Part shown: positions 34,803 to 43,934 of the stretch, in pieces
Numbering within the stretch: position 1 is the first letter of the stretch
How the letters are laid out: each line of letters starts with the position of its first letter
Virus record (IMG/VR): IMGVR_UViG_3300045107_000845
Coordinates: 1 to 55,181 of that record
Reading direction: 5' to 3' (one strand)
DNA length: 55,181 nt
Origin: a virus
Lineage: Duplodnaviria; Caudoviricetes
The notes under the pieces: generated by a model
The model's input: only the letters and a program-made list of their open reading frames with translations
Database searches by the model: none
What the model was told of the DNA's origin: nothing
Made by a program: the position numbers and the translations under genes

Positions 34803-35701
34803 TTTGGCAGCTTCTTCCCTTGCAGAACGTCGTTGAAATCGCCGAAGCCATCAGGCGGAGATATCATCTCGACGATGTATCCTGCGCTCTCGTAATGCTG
34901 AGCTGCTTTGGCGGCCTCACGCTGACCGACTTCTCCGTTGTCGGCAAAGATCGCTACGCATTCGACGCATTCAGGCATTTCGATTTTCGAGAGGCGCTGA
35001 GCGCTCAAGGTCGCCCAGACGGGAAGGCTATAAAGTTGCCGCGCAGAAAGCGCAGTCTCGACTCCTTCAGCTAAGCCCAGCGTTTGCATCGGCCGCGCCA
35101 GGCGAACCGCACCGTCGTGCATAGGGCCCAGCGTCAGCTTTACCTGAGCACCGGGAATTTCTGCCTTGCGGCCATCGTCAGTGAGGTAGATGCGCTGCAC
35201 GGCGGTGAGTCGGCCAGTCGGGTCTTGGATAGCTGCGACGAGCGCCGGGTGATCCGTGCCGGTAGGGTGGCCAAGAAACGGCACGTAACGTAGCTTGCCT
35301 GGGAGCGAGCAAGTGATGCCGCGCCTTCGCAGGTATTGCTCCGCCGGAGTGCCGCCGATCGGCTCGGCCTTTTCCCAAATGCTTCTGGCTACACGTGTCC
35401 TCGCCAGTGCATCCCGATCCTCGGCTGGCTCGGGCGTAGACCATGCGCGAGGCTTGATGAGCGGCCGATCGACTTTCTCGCCTCGCTGCGCCCAAAGATT
35501 CATCGATCGCAATGCATCGGTTACGGCCTCGTAGGAGCAGCCGGCGAAACAATGCAGCAGCACGCGCCCGTCGCGTGTTTGATAAACTGAAAAGGACGGT
35601 TCTTGGTCATCGTGAGCAGGGCATCGACACACGCCGCGGTTACGGTCCCATCGGCCGCCCAATGCCTGTACGATTGCCTGTCCATCCGGCGCGAGACTCA
35701 C
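34799..35701 (-). CDS. Primase (zinc-binding + TOPRIM)
   Basis: CPAHDD..PS...HCFAGC, YLRRRGI, AEGVETALS, FADN, DFND; start GTG 35701 via GTGA overlap. Confidence 0.92.
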   Translation of the reverse strand: MSLAPDGQAIVQALGGRWDRNRGVCRCPAHDDQEPSFSVYQTRDGRVLLHCFAGCSYEAVTDALRSMNLWAQRGEKVDRPLIKPRAWSTPEPAEDRDALARTRVARSIWEKAEPIGGTPAEQYLRRRGITCSLPGKLRYVPFLGHPTGTDHPALVAAIQDPTGRLTAVQRIYLTDDGRKAEIPGAQVKLTLGPMHDGAVRLARPMQTLGLAEGVETALSARQLYSLPVWATLSAQRLSKIEMPECVECVAIFADNGEVGQREAAKAAQHYESAGYIVEMISPPDGFGDFNDVLQGKKLPK

Positions 35702-35892
35702 GTGCTTCGCTCCCAAGCCTCGTAGAGTGTTCGCGGCAGCCTCTGCGGCTTTATAGGCTTGATTTTCTTCGCCCGCGGGCGACGCAACTCGCCACGTGCG
35801 CACGCTTCATCGAAGGCGCGATAGCCCGACAGCAGCCATTCCCGCTGCTCAGCTTGCTCACCTTCGGGCGGCGCTTGGCGAGAGTTGATCAT
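35698..35892 (-). CDS. Hypothetical protein
   Basis: ATGA and GTGA overlaps with both neighbours. Confidence 0.6.
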   Translation of the reverse strand: MINSRQAPPEGEQAEQREWLLSGYRAFDEACARGELRRPRAKKIKPIKPQRLPRTLYEAWERST

Positions 35893-36116
35893 TCCCACCC
35901 CGCAATCCGAAAGACCACGCGGCGGTGGAGTTCGCGCAGAGCGGCCACTTCCTCAGGAAGAGCGAGATGCGAAAATGCACAAGCGTGCAGTTTCGCCAGT
36001 TCTTTCAGCTCGTCGGGCGTCATCAATGCCGCCATCGCACTCAGCGAAAGCAGCAAACACTCCGGTTTGGGAATCTTTACTGGAGAAGGAATTCGCGGCG
36101 GTAGACTGTCAGGCAT
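35889..36116 (-). CDS. Hypothetical protein, first gene of the replication operon
   Basis: GAGG RBS before ATG 36116; ATGA overlap downstream. Confidence 0.55.
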   Translation of the reverse strand: MPDSLPPRIPSPVKIPKPECLLLSLSAMAALMTPDELKELAKLHACAFSHLALPEEVAALRELHRRVVFRIAGWE

Positions 36117-36243
36117 AGCAAACCTCACAACATGTTGCGGTTTGCTACCTCGGCGGGCCTTTACGGACCGGGCGATTCGGGTTAGCAAGCCCCCGAAGTC
36201 ACCGCGATCCTATCTCGACCTCACCGAGATAGCGGCTTCATCG

Positions 36244-36280
36244 GAAGGCCCGGGGTCCACGTCCCGGGCCTTCATCTTTT
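36244..36280 (+). terminator. Hairpin/terminator in the divergent intergenic region
   Basis: 11-bp stem GAAGGCCCGGG/CCCGGGCCTTC followed by ATCTTTT. Confidence 0.55.
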
Positions 36281-36443
36281 CCGGACCATAGGGGCGAGTC
36301 GCCCGGCGACGCAATACGGATTCGGACGAATTTTGTCGGCCGCTCGAACATTTCCCGTGGGCGCATAGAGCGAAAAACGCCGGTTTTCTGCGGATTTCCG
36401 CCGTAAGACCGCGACCTAATCGCATCCGAAACAGTCGCAGAAT

Positions 36444-36460
36444 GTAAAACGTCGCTTGAC
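36444..36460. promoter_or_regulatory. Distal copy of the repressor operator overlapping a TTGACT -35-like hexamer
   Basis: GTAAAACGTCGCTTGAC has 2 mismatches to GTAAAGCGnCGCTTTAC. Confidence 0.65.
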
Positions 36461-36530
36461 TTTCGTCCTGCCATCGCCCCAGTGTCGCGGCGTCGAGGCG
36501 CGTGGAATTCGCCCGGCAGGAGGATCGCAA

Positions 36531-36890
36531 ATGACCAAGAGCGGCGCTGCGCAGGCGCTTTCCCCGTTTCCGTATCGAATCCCGGCGCACTCGCCTGCGC
36601 CTTTCACGCTTCACGACAGGGTGACCGGCGAGTTGCTCATTGAACCGAGCGATGGTTGGTCGCTGCGGGATGCGAAAGATCGCGTCATCGCGGCGTGCAG
36701 CAGCCAAGCGAAGCTGCAGCCGGGCGAGAAGTATGCAAACGCGCTGCTGTTCGGCGCTGCGCCAGCGCTGCTCTACGCGGCGATCGAGGCGCGGCGCACC
36801 GCGGTTGCCGACGCCGGCGGTGACTGGGTGATTTCCGGCAAAGCCTTTCAGGCGCTCGGCGACGCCCTGCACGCGGCGGGTGTGCGGTGA
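36531..36890 (+). CDS. Hypothetical early protein
   Basis: AGGAGG RBS; AAPALL motif common in small phage early proteins. Confidence 0.7.
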   Translation: MTKSGAAQALSPFPYRIPAHSPAPFTLHDRVTGELLIEPSDGWSLRDAKDRVIAACSSQAKLQPGEKYANALLFGAAPALLYAAIEARRTAVADAGGDWVISGKAFQALGDALHAAGVR

Positions 36891-37186
36891 AAGTCGTGCC
36901 GCTCCATGAGCAACACTGGGATTGGGACGAAGGCGACTGCTCCGTCTACCAATTCGCAGACGATGGGTCGGTGATGACCTTAGCTCGCCCCGAGGATTCG
37001 CTTCCTCTCGAAGCGCGGGCTCTCATTGCCGCTCGGCTTTCTATGATTCCCGAGATGACTGGGGCGCTGATCTCCGCGCAGCTCGCGCTGATGAGCTACG
37101 TGTACGGCAACTGCGCCCCGGATCTGGGGCGCGACATCGCCGATCGGATTGACAGTATCCTCGACGCGATATGGGCAACGCCATGA
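36887..37186 (+). CDS. Hypothetical protein
   Basis: GTGA/ATGA coupled ORF. Confidence 0.65.
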   Translation: MKVVPLHEQHWDWDEGDCSVYQFADDGSVMTLARPEDSLPLEARALIAARLSMIPEMTGALISAQLALMSYVYGNCAPDLGRDIADRIDSILDAIWATP

Positions 37187-37353
37187 CGTTGGGCCCCGGG
37201 CTTACCCGTCGAGCACGGCAACTCGAAGCCGAGCGCCAGCGCACGAGCGGCTTTCGCGAGTCGTGCGTTTTTTTGCTGGCCTTCCTCGCTCTCAGCATCG
37301 CAGCGCCGCTTTTGATCTGGGCTGCTGCTGAGTTTTTGTTCGGAGCGCGTTGA
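37183..37353 (+). CDS. Small membrane protein
   Basis: C-terminal TM helix; coupled ORF. Confidence 0.6.
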   Translation: MTLGPGLTRRARQLEAERQRTSGFRESCVFLLAFLALSIAAPLLIWAAAEFLFGAR

Positions 37354-37964
37354 TGGCAGACGACTTTTTCGAGATGACGTTCACTTCGCCCGTCGAATGG
37401 GGAGCGAAGAACGACGCTGAATCCTGGTTGACCCATCAAGGGTTCTCGATCGCCCCGTCATGCGCCAGCGGCACGCGCGGCGTAATGCTGGGCAAGATGA
37501 AGATCGCGAAGTGGCGGAACCTTACTGCCGATGAGCGGGCGCGCTTGCATGGGCGACTCGACGGCGATACGCGGCGGGGCCCGCTGCGCTTGGTTCTCAC
37601 GAATGCCTTTGCGATCGAGGCAGCGCGAAAGACGCCCGGGGAGACGGAGATTGCTGCGCCGGAAGGTTTCGCAGCGCCGGATGCCGACGCCCAAGCAGTC
37701 GCGACATCGCATCTCCTGCCTGGTCGGGTTGAAGTGCTTGCGGAATCTCCCCGCGCATTCCTCCGCAGCGCCAGCGGCCGGTACGCCTATCTCGCCGCGA
37801 AAGATGGGGTGGCGACGATGATTCAATCCGCCATGGAAAGCCCGGAAGAGCTTTCGCAGTGGGCCGCCGATGCGATCGCCGACGGCTTCACGCTGCATTA
37901 CCTGCCGATCGAGGTCGCGCGCACCCTGCTGTTCGAACCGTTTCCGCCGGGAGCAAAGGCATGA
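37353..37964 (+). CDS. Hypothetical protein
   Basis: Coupled ORF, about 203 aa. Confidence 0.7.
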   Translation: MADDFFEMTFTSPVEWGAKNDAESWLTHQGFSIAPSCASGTRGVMLGKMKIAKWRNLTADERARLHGRLDGDTRRGPLRLVLTNAFAIEAARKTPGETEIAAPEGFAAPDADAQAVATSHLLPGRVEVLAESPRAFLRSASGRYAYLAAKDGVATMIQSAMESPEELSQWAADAIADGFTLHYLPIEVARTLLFEPFPPGAKA

Positions 37965-38455
37965 GGGAAGGCTACGTCTTCATGGACCACGTGGAGTGGG
38001 TCGAGGCGAACAACCGCGCGCTGCGCCAGATCGCGTCTAGAGGCCGGTCGAAGGAAGCGGCGCGCATCCTCGCCGACGTGCCGGAGCAGCTTTCGGAGTT
38101 TCAGCGCCGGGCGGTGACCATCATCGGGATGGCGTTCGGCGGGATCTACAATGCACGGGTGAGCTGGCGGACGGTGGAGTGGCAGTACGGCAAGGGCGTC
38201 GCTTTCATGCTCAACCACGAGACTCTGAGCACTTTCGACGCCAGCGCGCTCACCGATCTCGTCTTCCTCTGCCACGCCGCGCGCGTGCGCCTCGAGTTGG
38301 AGGCGGCGGCTGCGTTCAAACTACGGGTGGCGATGCACCCGCGGAGCGACGAAGGCGGGCTAGGCGCGAGGCATCCCGATTTGCAAGAGGCGGTCGCTGC
38401 GTTCGACGCGATGGTGCCGCCTGAGCATCCCGTTCGCTTTCGGAGGAAATCGTGA
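37961..38455 (+). CDS. Hypothetical protein
   Basis: ATGA overlap, GGAG RBS; STFD...LT.LV.LCH...VR motif. Confidence 0.7.
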   Translation: MREGYVFMDHVEWVEANNRALRQIASRGRSKEAARILADVPEQLSEFQRRAVTIIGMAFGGIYNARVSWRTVEWQYGKGVAFMLNHETLSTFDASALTDLVFLCHAARVRLELEAAAAFKLRVAMHPRSDEGGLGARHPDLQEAVAAFDAMVPPEHPVRFRRKS

Positions 38456-38802
38456 GCACGAAAACGCCAGCGCCTGACTACGCTGCGCCTTGGACCCTGG
38501 AAGAAGACGGGTGGACCTACGGCACCGATCTCGACGGCAACGACTGGATCATTGCAACGCCTTCGATACCGCTAGAGTGCAGCGTCGTCGGCCGCGAAAA
38601 CCTGTCGGCTGCGCTTAATGCGCAGGCAGAAGCGATCGACCGCCTCAAGACTGCAGCGCCGGAATTGCTGGCGGCTGCTATTCACGCGGTCGAAATTATC
38701 ACGGACTCATACGGCGAAGATCAAATAGCGGATGGCGACTGCCAAGCGTGCAACGTTCTCCGCGCCGCCATCGCCAAAGCGACAGGTGCGGCAGACCAAT
38801 GA
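38452..38802 (+). CDS. Hypothetical early protein
   Basis: GGAGG RBS; PW...AAPELLAA...RAAIAKATG motif. Confidence 0.75.
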   Translation: MSTKTPAPDYAAPWTLEEDGWTYGTDLDGNDWIIATPSIPLECSVVGRENLSAALNAQAEAIDRLKTAAPELLAAAIHAVEIITDSYGEDQIADGDCQACNVLRAAIAKATGAADQ

Positions 38803-39032
38803 AGATTCAGCCGTACAGATACGCCTGCCAGAATTGCGCGCACGAATGGGTGGGCGAAATGCTCGTCGAATGCAGCGTTTCGCTTTGGGCAAAGGCCCTG
38901 AGCGAACTGCGGTGCCCGAAATGCGGCAGCGAAAAACTGCTGCTCGGATGGCCGTCGAAGCCGAGCGAGCAGCCGACGCCAGTCGGCGAGGGCGCGACGT
39001 TGCCGAAGCTGAAGGAGCCGACCGATGGTTGA
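38799..39032 (+). CDS. Zinc-ribbon protein
   Basis: CQNC...CPKCGS. Confidence 0.7.
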   Translation: MKIQPYRYACQNCAHEWVGEMLVECSVSLWAKALSELRCPKCGSEKLLLGWPSKPSEQPTPVGEGATLPKLKEPTDG

Positions 39033-39549
39033 GCGTACACACGAACTGAAGACGCTGCCGCCCTATTTCGAAGCCGTCGCCCACGGCGACAAGAATTTTG
39101 AAGTGCGGCGGAACGATCGCGGCTTTCAAACGGGCGATCGCGTCGTGCTGCGCGAGTACGATCCGGCGAGCTACGGCTACTCCGGCCGCGAGATTCGCGC
39201 CCGGATCGCCTATATTTTGCCGGGCGACGGCGTCGGCTTGCAGGCTGGTTACTGCGTTCTGGGATTGGCGAATGTCGAGCAAAACACCGGCGTCACCAGG
39301 GCCGTGCCTTCGTCGAACAACTCCCGCGAGAACGCTTTCGTTTTTGCGTGGACCGCCCCAAGCGGCGACTTCCCCGCCTATCTCAATTTGACCGGCGATC
39401 GATTGACAGTGCGCGCAGCATCGGACGGGTGCGCCTGTGGCGAAACGGTCGCGATCGATCTGCCGCATGACGTTATCATCGCGCTCGCGGACGAACTAGC
39501 CCTGCAAATCCTGCGCGAGCACAAGGAACGTGAGACGGTGAAGTCATGA
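39025..39549 (+). CDS. ASCH/DUF3850-domain protein
   Basis: HELKTLPPYFEAV..GDKNFEVRRNDRGFQTGD. Confidence 0.88.
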   Translation: MVERTHELKTLPPYFEAVAHGDKNFEVRRNDRGFQTGDRVVLREYDPASYGYSGREIRARIAYILPGDGVGLQAGYCVLGLANVEQNTGVTRAVPSSNNSRENAFVFAWTAPSGDFPAYLNLTGDRLTVRAASDGCACGETVAIDLPHDVIIALADELALQILREHKERETVKS

Positions 39550-40607
39550 GCGACGGCACGGCGATCGAATGGACGGATGCGACGTGGAATCCGGTCACCG
39601 GCTGCTCGGTGATCTCCGCAGGCTGCACGAATTGCTACGCGATGCGGCTCGCGGGCACGCGGATGAAACACACGCCGAGCCGCGCGGGCCTCACCGTTGA
39701 GAGCAAGGCCGGGCCGGTGTGGAACGGGCAGGTACGATTCAACGAAGACTGGCTCGATCAGCCGCTGAAATGGAAAAACCCGCGACGGGTTTTCGTCTGC
39801 GCGCACGGTGATCTGTTTCATGAGAGCGTGCCGGACGAATGGATCGATCGCGTCTTTGGCGTCATGGCGCTTGCGCCCCAACACACTTTCCAGGTGCTGA
39901 CGAAGCGGCCGGAGCGAATGCGGGACTACATCGACCGTTGCAGCCGCCTGGACGAAAACGGATATCCTGCCGAAGACATTAGGGTCTTTATGTCGGCATG
40001 GACGCAGACGCCGAGTTGGCGGCGACGCAACGTCACTGTCGCCCGCATGATTCCGCCAGGGCGATTCTGCAAATCGATCACATGGCCGCTGCCGAACGTG
40101 TGGCTCGGCACGTCTGCGGAGGATGCGCGCAGTTATCGGGCGCGATGGGGCCATGTCGCCGCCACGCCCGCCGCCGTGCGATTTCTTTCGGCCGAGCCGC
40201 TGCTGGGTGATCTCGGCGATCTTGATCTCGGCCGCGTCGGTGCGCCGGAATGGGTCATCGTCGGCGGCGAAAGCGGGCCTGGCGCGCGGCCGATGCACCC
40301 CGATTGGGCGCGATCGATCCGCGATCAGTGCGACGCGGCGGCCGTGCCGTTTTTCTTCAAGCAGCACGGAGAGTGGCTGCACGAAGATCAGGTGCGGGAC
40401 GGTCAGCACCCGTGCGAGCGCTTCTTCAACGCGCAAGGCCAGCCCGTCGACCTCGCGCCGATCGACGAAGACGGCGTTTACACCGGCCGCCTCTGGCACT
40501 GGTGGAAACCCGATCTGCACGCCTCGATCCGCATCGGCAAGAAACGCGCGGGCCGCAAACTCGACGGCCGCACGCACGACGAATTCCCGCGCGGTTTCCA
40601 TGTCTGA
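39546..40607 (+). CDS. DUF5131 (phage Gp37/Gp68) family protein
   Basis: IEWTDATWNPVTGC...GCTNCYA, DLFH, LTKRPER, SAEPLL, GGESG, FFKQ. Confidence 0.93.
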   Translation: MSDGTAIEWTDATWNPVTGCSVISAGCTNCYAMRLAGTRMKHTPSRAGLTVESKAGPVWNGQVRFNEDWLDQPLKWKNPRRVFVCAHGDLFHESVPDEWIDRVFGVMALAPQHTFQVLTKRPERMRDYIDRCSRLDENGYPAEDIRVFMSAWTQTPSWRRRNVTVARMIPPGRFCKSITWPLPNVWLGTSAEDARSYRARWGHVAATPAAVRFLSAEPLLGDLGDLDLGRVGAPEWVIVGGESGPGARPMHPDWARSIRDQCDAAAVPFFFKQHGEWLHEDQVRDGQHPCERFFNAQGQPVDLAPIDEDGVYTGRLWHWWKPDLHASIRIGKKRAGRKLDGRTHDEFPRGFHV

Positions 40608-40842
40608 GCTTTCGGCGTCACATATCGCGAGTATGCGCCACGCCCTCGGGCTCGACCGAGCGGAGAAACCCTATCGCAACCGATACGCTGCGGCTGTGGG
40701 TACGCCGCAGCACGCGGCTTGGCTACAGATCGCCGAGGCCGGGCTGGCCGATCTTTATCGACAAGGTTTCTGCGTCACCCCCGCCGGCGCGCGCGCCATC
40801 GGTATCGACCCGAGCCTCTATCCTGAGGAGTTTTCGCAGTGA
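40600..40842 (+). CDS. Hypothetical protein
   Basis: MRHALGL...YRNRY motif; coupled ORF. Confidence 0.65.
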   Translation: MSELSASHIASMRHALGLDRAEKPYRNRYAAAVGTPQHAAWLQIAEAGLADLYRQGFCVTPAGARAIGIDPSLYPEEFSQ

Positions 40843-41459
40843 CTTCAGCATACCCGCTGCAATGGCCGGAAGGCTGGCCGCGCACGCCTCGCCACGAGCG
40901 AATCGTCACCACGCGCTTCAAAGGCTCATTCATCACGAACTTGGGCAACATCTTGCGCGAGGTCAGGATGCTCGGCGGCACGCAGCCGGTGATCTCCACG
41001 AATCTGCCGCTCCGGAAGCGCGACGGCCTGCCCTACTCCGACGATGCGACCACGCAGATCGATGATCCGGGCATCGCCGTTTACTTCATGCGCGAGGGCA
41101 AGCAGACCGTGATGGCGCGCGATGCCTTCACGACTGTTCATGACAACGCCGCCTCGCTGCGCCTCGCGATCGAGGCGATGCGCGCCCTCGAGCGGCACGG
41201 CGGCGGCGATATGATGGACCGCGCCTTTGCAGGGTTTCAGCAGCTCCCGCCGCCTGGCGGCAGCAATGCCGAAGTGCTCGACTGGCGTGCGGTGTTCGCC
41301 CCGCTGCCGGCAGGATTGGAGAAACCCGATCTGCTGCTGATCGTCGAGAGCCGCTTCCGGAAGCTGGCGCAAGAGGCGCATCCGGATCGAGGCGGCAGCC
41401 AGGAGCGGATGATCCGGCTGAACGCCGCCCTCGCCAAAGCGCGGGAGGATTTGCGGTGA
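40839..41459 (+). CDS. Phage J-domain protein
   Basis: YPLQWPEGWPRT start; C-terminal HPDRGG...LNAA. Confidence 0.88.
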   Translation: MTSAYPLQWPEGWPRTPRHERIVTTRFKGSFITNLGNILREVRMLGGTQPVISTNLPLRKRDGLPYSDDATTQIDDPGIAVYFMREGKQTVMARDAFTTVHDNAASLRLAIEAMRALERHGGGDMMDRAFAGFQQLPPPGGSNAEVLDWRAVFAPLPAGLEKPDLLLIVESRFRKLAQEAHPDRGGSQERMIRLNAALAKAREDLR

Positions 41460-41665
41460 GTTTACCTGCGATCGATTTCCGGCGGCTGCGCGAGGACGCG
41501 GAAGACGCCCGCAACGGCATGGTGAGCCTTCGTCAGAGCGATGTGCGCGCGCTGCTTGGCGTAGCGCAGGCCGCAGAAGAGGCCCGAGCAGAGGGCTGGG
41601 CGCTGCGCAAGCTCTCCGGCCTCACCGCTCGACTGCAGCGCTTCAAGTTTCCGACGATGGGCTAA
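41456..41665 (+). CDS. Hypothetical protein
   Basis: GTGA overlap, GGAGG RBS; last gene of the operon. Confidence 0.55.
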   Translation: MSLPAIDFRRLREDAEDARNGMVSLRQSDVRALLGVAQAAEEARAEGWALRKLSGLTARLQRFKFPTMG

Positions 41666-41792
41666 CCCATAATGGGTAAGTCACGACAGCGGGCAGCAAG
41701 ATATCTGCGGTGGACTTCCCTGAAGATCGACGGCTCACTTCACGATTGAGGCAGCAAAGAACTGTCCAGAATGCCGATCGACGGGGGCATGC

Positions 41793-43169
41793 ATGACTGA
41801 GGCGATCGCGGCGCTCACAAGCGCCAGCGCGATAGAGAACGGCGCGGCTGAGGCTCGTCTCAGTTCATCGAGCCGCAGGCTTATCCCAGATTTCGTTGCG
41901 GCGGCGGCCGTGTTTTCAGCGGTTTCACTGGCCGTCTATTTGGCGATCGTCGGCCTGGATCAACGCGGGATGTTTCGTTACTGGAACATCTTTTTCGACA
42001 GCGATCCTATTCGATACGTCGCGGCATACGCCCACGGGTGGGACGGAGGCGGCGTCTTCCGGCCGTGGACGAAGTTCATCTATGCGTTGCCCGTTCGCGG
42101 TATAGAGATGCTGCTCGGCGTTCTGGATCTTGCGACGCCGGATGTGCGCCTGCGCGAGCAGATTCTGTTTGTCCTATTGGGTGCACAGGCCGGAGCGGCC
42201 GCGGTGCTGAGCTACGCCATGGCTCGCCTCTGCGACGTGCGGATCCCCTTCGCCGCTCTCTTCGCTGCCGTCGCTGCGTGCTGCTTCTCCAACCTGGTTT
42301 TCTTTTCGGTGCCCGAGTCGTTCGGCACCGCCGGGCTTGCATTGGCAGTGATGCTTGTCCTGGCCCTCTGGATCGTACGATTCCCGGCGGCGGCTCCGCC
42401 GAAGCTGGCCCTCGATGCGGCCGGCATTTTCGCCTGCGGCATCGCCATAACGAATGCCGTGTTCTTCGGTCTTCTTTTCTGGGCCGGGTGCGTGGCGCGA
42501 GGCATGCCTTTGTGGAAGGGATTCCGGATCGCCGTCGTCAGAGCCGCGATCGTGCTGACGATCGCCAGCGCGATCGGCTTCTTCGCCGCCGGCTTTCTCG
42601 GGACGGGCTCGAGCGCGCGAGTCGTTACGCCGCAGGAGTTCTTTATGGCGTACTGGCTGCGCTTGGAGCCCACCGCGGCGATGCTCGATTTCCCGCGGCT
42701 GCTTGGGCTGTCTCTGGTCGGTGTCTATCCCGGCGTCGCGGTGAATGCTGTTCAATTGGAAGGGCACCCAAGCTTGATGCTGTCCTACACTGCCTCAGCG
42801 AGCGTTTTCCCGCTGTTGGGCTGGTGCACCGTTTTCCTTGCCGCTTCCGGCGTCGCTGCTTCGTGGCATCGCCCTGAGCGCGGTATCGCGCTCGCATGCA
42901 CCGCCTTCATTGTCTGGAACTGGGCGCTCCATAGCGTGTGGAGCGGGGGCGAGAACTTTCTCTATTCGCAGCACTGGGTGAGCGCGCTGCTCTACCTCCT
43001 TCTCGTTGCGCTGATTGCATTCGCCAAGCACCGGCTGCTGATTGCGGCCGTCTCGGCGATCGCCATCATTCTCGCGGCGTGGAACGTCTCACTGTACCTG
43101 CGCGTCGTCGACGGCATTGCGAGCGACGTAATCGCCGGACCGCCGTCTCAGCCTATCGAGCGTCCGTAG
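41793..43169 (+). CDS. Polytopic membrane protein, possible GT-C glycosyltransferase (moron)
   Basis: Roughly 10-11 hydrophobic segments, DSD in first loop, VPES motif; stands alone between operons. Confidence 0.6.
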   Translation: MTEAIAALTSASAIENGAAEARLSSSSRRLIPDFVAAAAVFSAVSLAVYLAIVGLDQRGMFRYWNIFFDSDPIRYVAAYAHGWDGGGVFRPWTKFIYALPVRGIEMLLGVLDLATPDVRLREQILFVLLGAQAGAAAVLSYAMARLCDVRIPFAALFAAVAACCFSNLVFFSVPESFGTAGLALAVMLVLALWIVRFPAAAPPKLALDAAGIFACGIAITNAVFFGLLFWAGCVARGMPLWKGFRIAVVRAAIVLTIASAIGFFAAGFLGTGSSARVVTPQEFFMAYWLRLEPTAAMLDFPRLLGLSLVGVYPGVAVNAVQLEGHPSLMLSYTASASVFPLLGWCTVFLAASGVAASWHRPERGIALACTAFIVWNWALHSVWSGGENFLYSQHWVSALLYLLLVALIAFAKHRLLIAAVSAIAIILAAWNVSLYLRVVDGIASDVIAGPPSQPIERP

Positions 43170-43617
43170 GGCTTGGCGCGATCGCGCGGCGCATGAAATC
43201 GCCCAGCGACGCCAGCGCGCCGGGTTTCGTCACCTCGCGGCGCATCTTTCGAGACCACGGCGCATCGACGTTTGCGAATGGGTCGGCGGACTCCGGGCGC
43301 TGCGCCCGCGCCTGGCGCTTCGCTTCTTGGGCGGCGAGGAACGCGTAGTCGGCCGCCAGCGTCGGCCGCGCTTCGAGGAATTCGCGTGCCGTCATCGCGC
43401 CCTTCATCGAGTTGCAGCGGGCGCAAGCCAGGCTGAGATTGTCGGGATGGTCGCTGCCGCCGCGGGCGCGGGGAATGCGGTGGTCGATCGTCGCGTGCAG
43501 CTCGTGCGGGATGCGGCCGTCGCGGTTGCCGCGCTCGATGACAAGCGGGCGGGAGCAGTATGCGCAGTGCGCACCGTCGCGTTGAGCCAGGAGGGTTTTG
43601 GTCTGATAGCCGCCCAC
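43153..43617 (-). CDS. HNH endonuclease
   Basis: CAYC...TIDHRIPRARGG...NL..AC..CN..KG. Confidence 0.92.
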   Translation of the reverse strand: MGGYQTKTLLAQRDGAHCAYCSRPLVIERGNRDGRIPHELHATIDHRIPRARGGSDHPDNLSLACARCNSMKGAMTAREFLEARPTLAADYAFLAAQEAKRQARAQRPESADPFANVDAPWSRKMRREVTKPGALASLGDFMRRAIAPSPTDAR

Positions 43618-43934
43618 GACGCCCGTCCTATTGCGACCAGCGTCATGAGACCATTCTTGTCGATAGGCGGCAAGCGGCTTTACAATTTCGCTTGGCGAGG
43701 CGGTGCGGGAAAGCCGGTATCAGGAAAGCCCGTAAGCGCCCCACTCACGCAGCAAGGGACGGCTACGCCGGAGGGTGGCGGAAACGCTAGGCACCAATTC
43801 CCTCCGCTACGTTGCAAAGCCGTACAGATGATCGGTCGCGCGCACCGCCCATCGATACCGCTCCGCCTCGCTTAACCCTTGAAGGATTTGCCTCGAATGC
43901 ACAAACGAGCGAATTCCTTAAAGTCTTTCCTACA

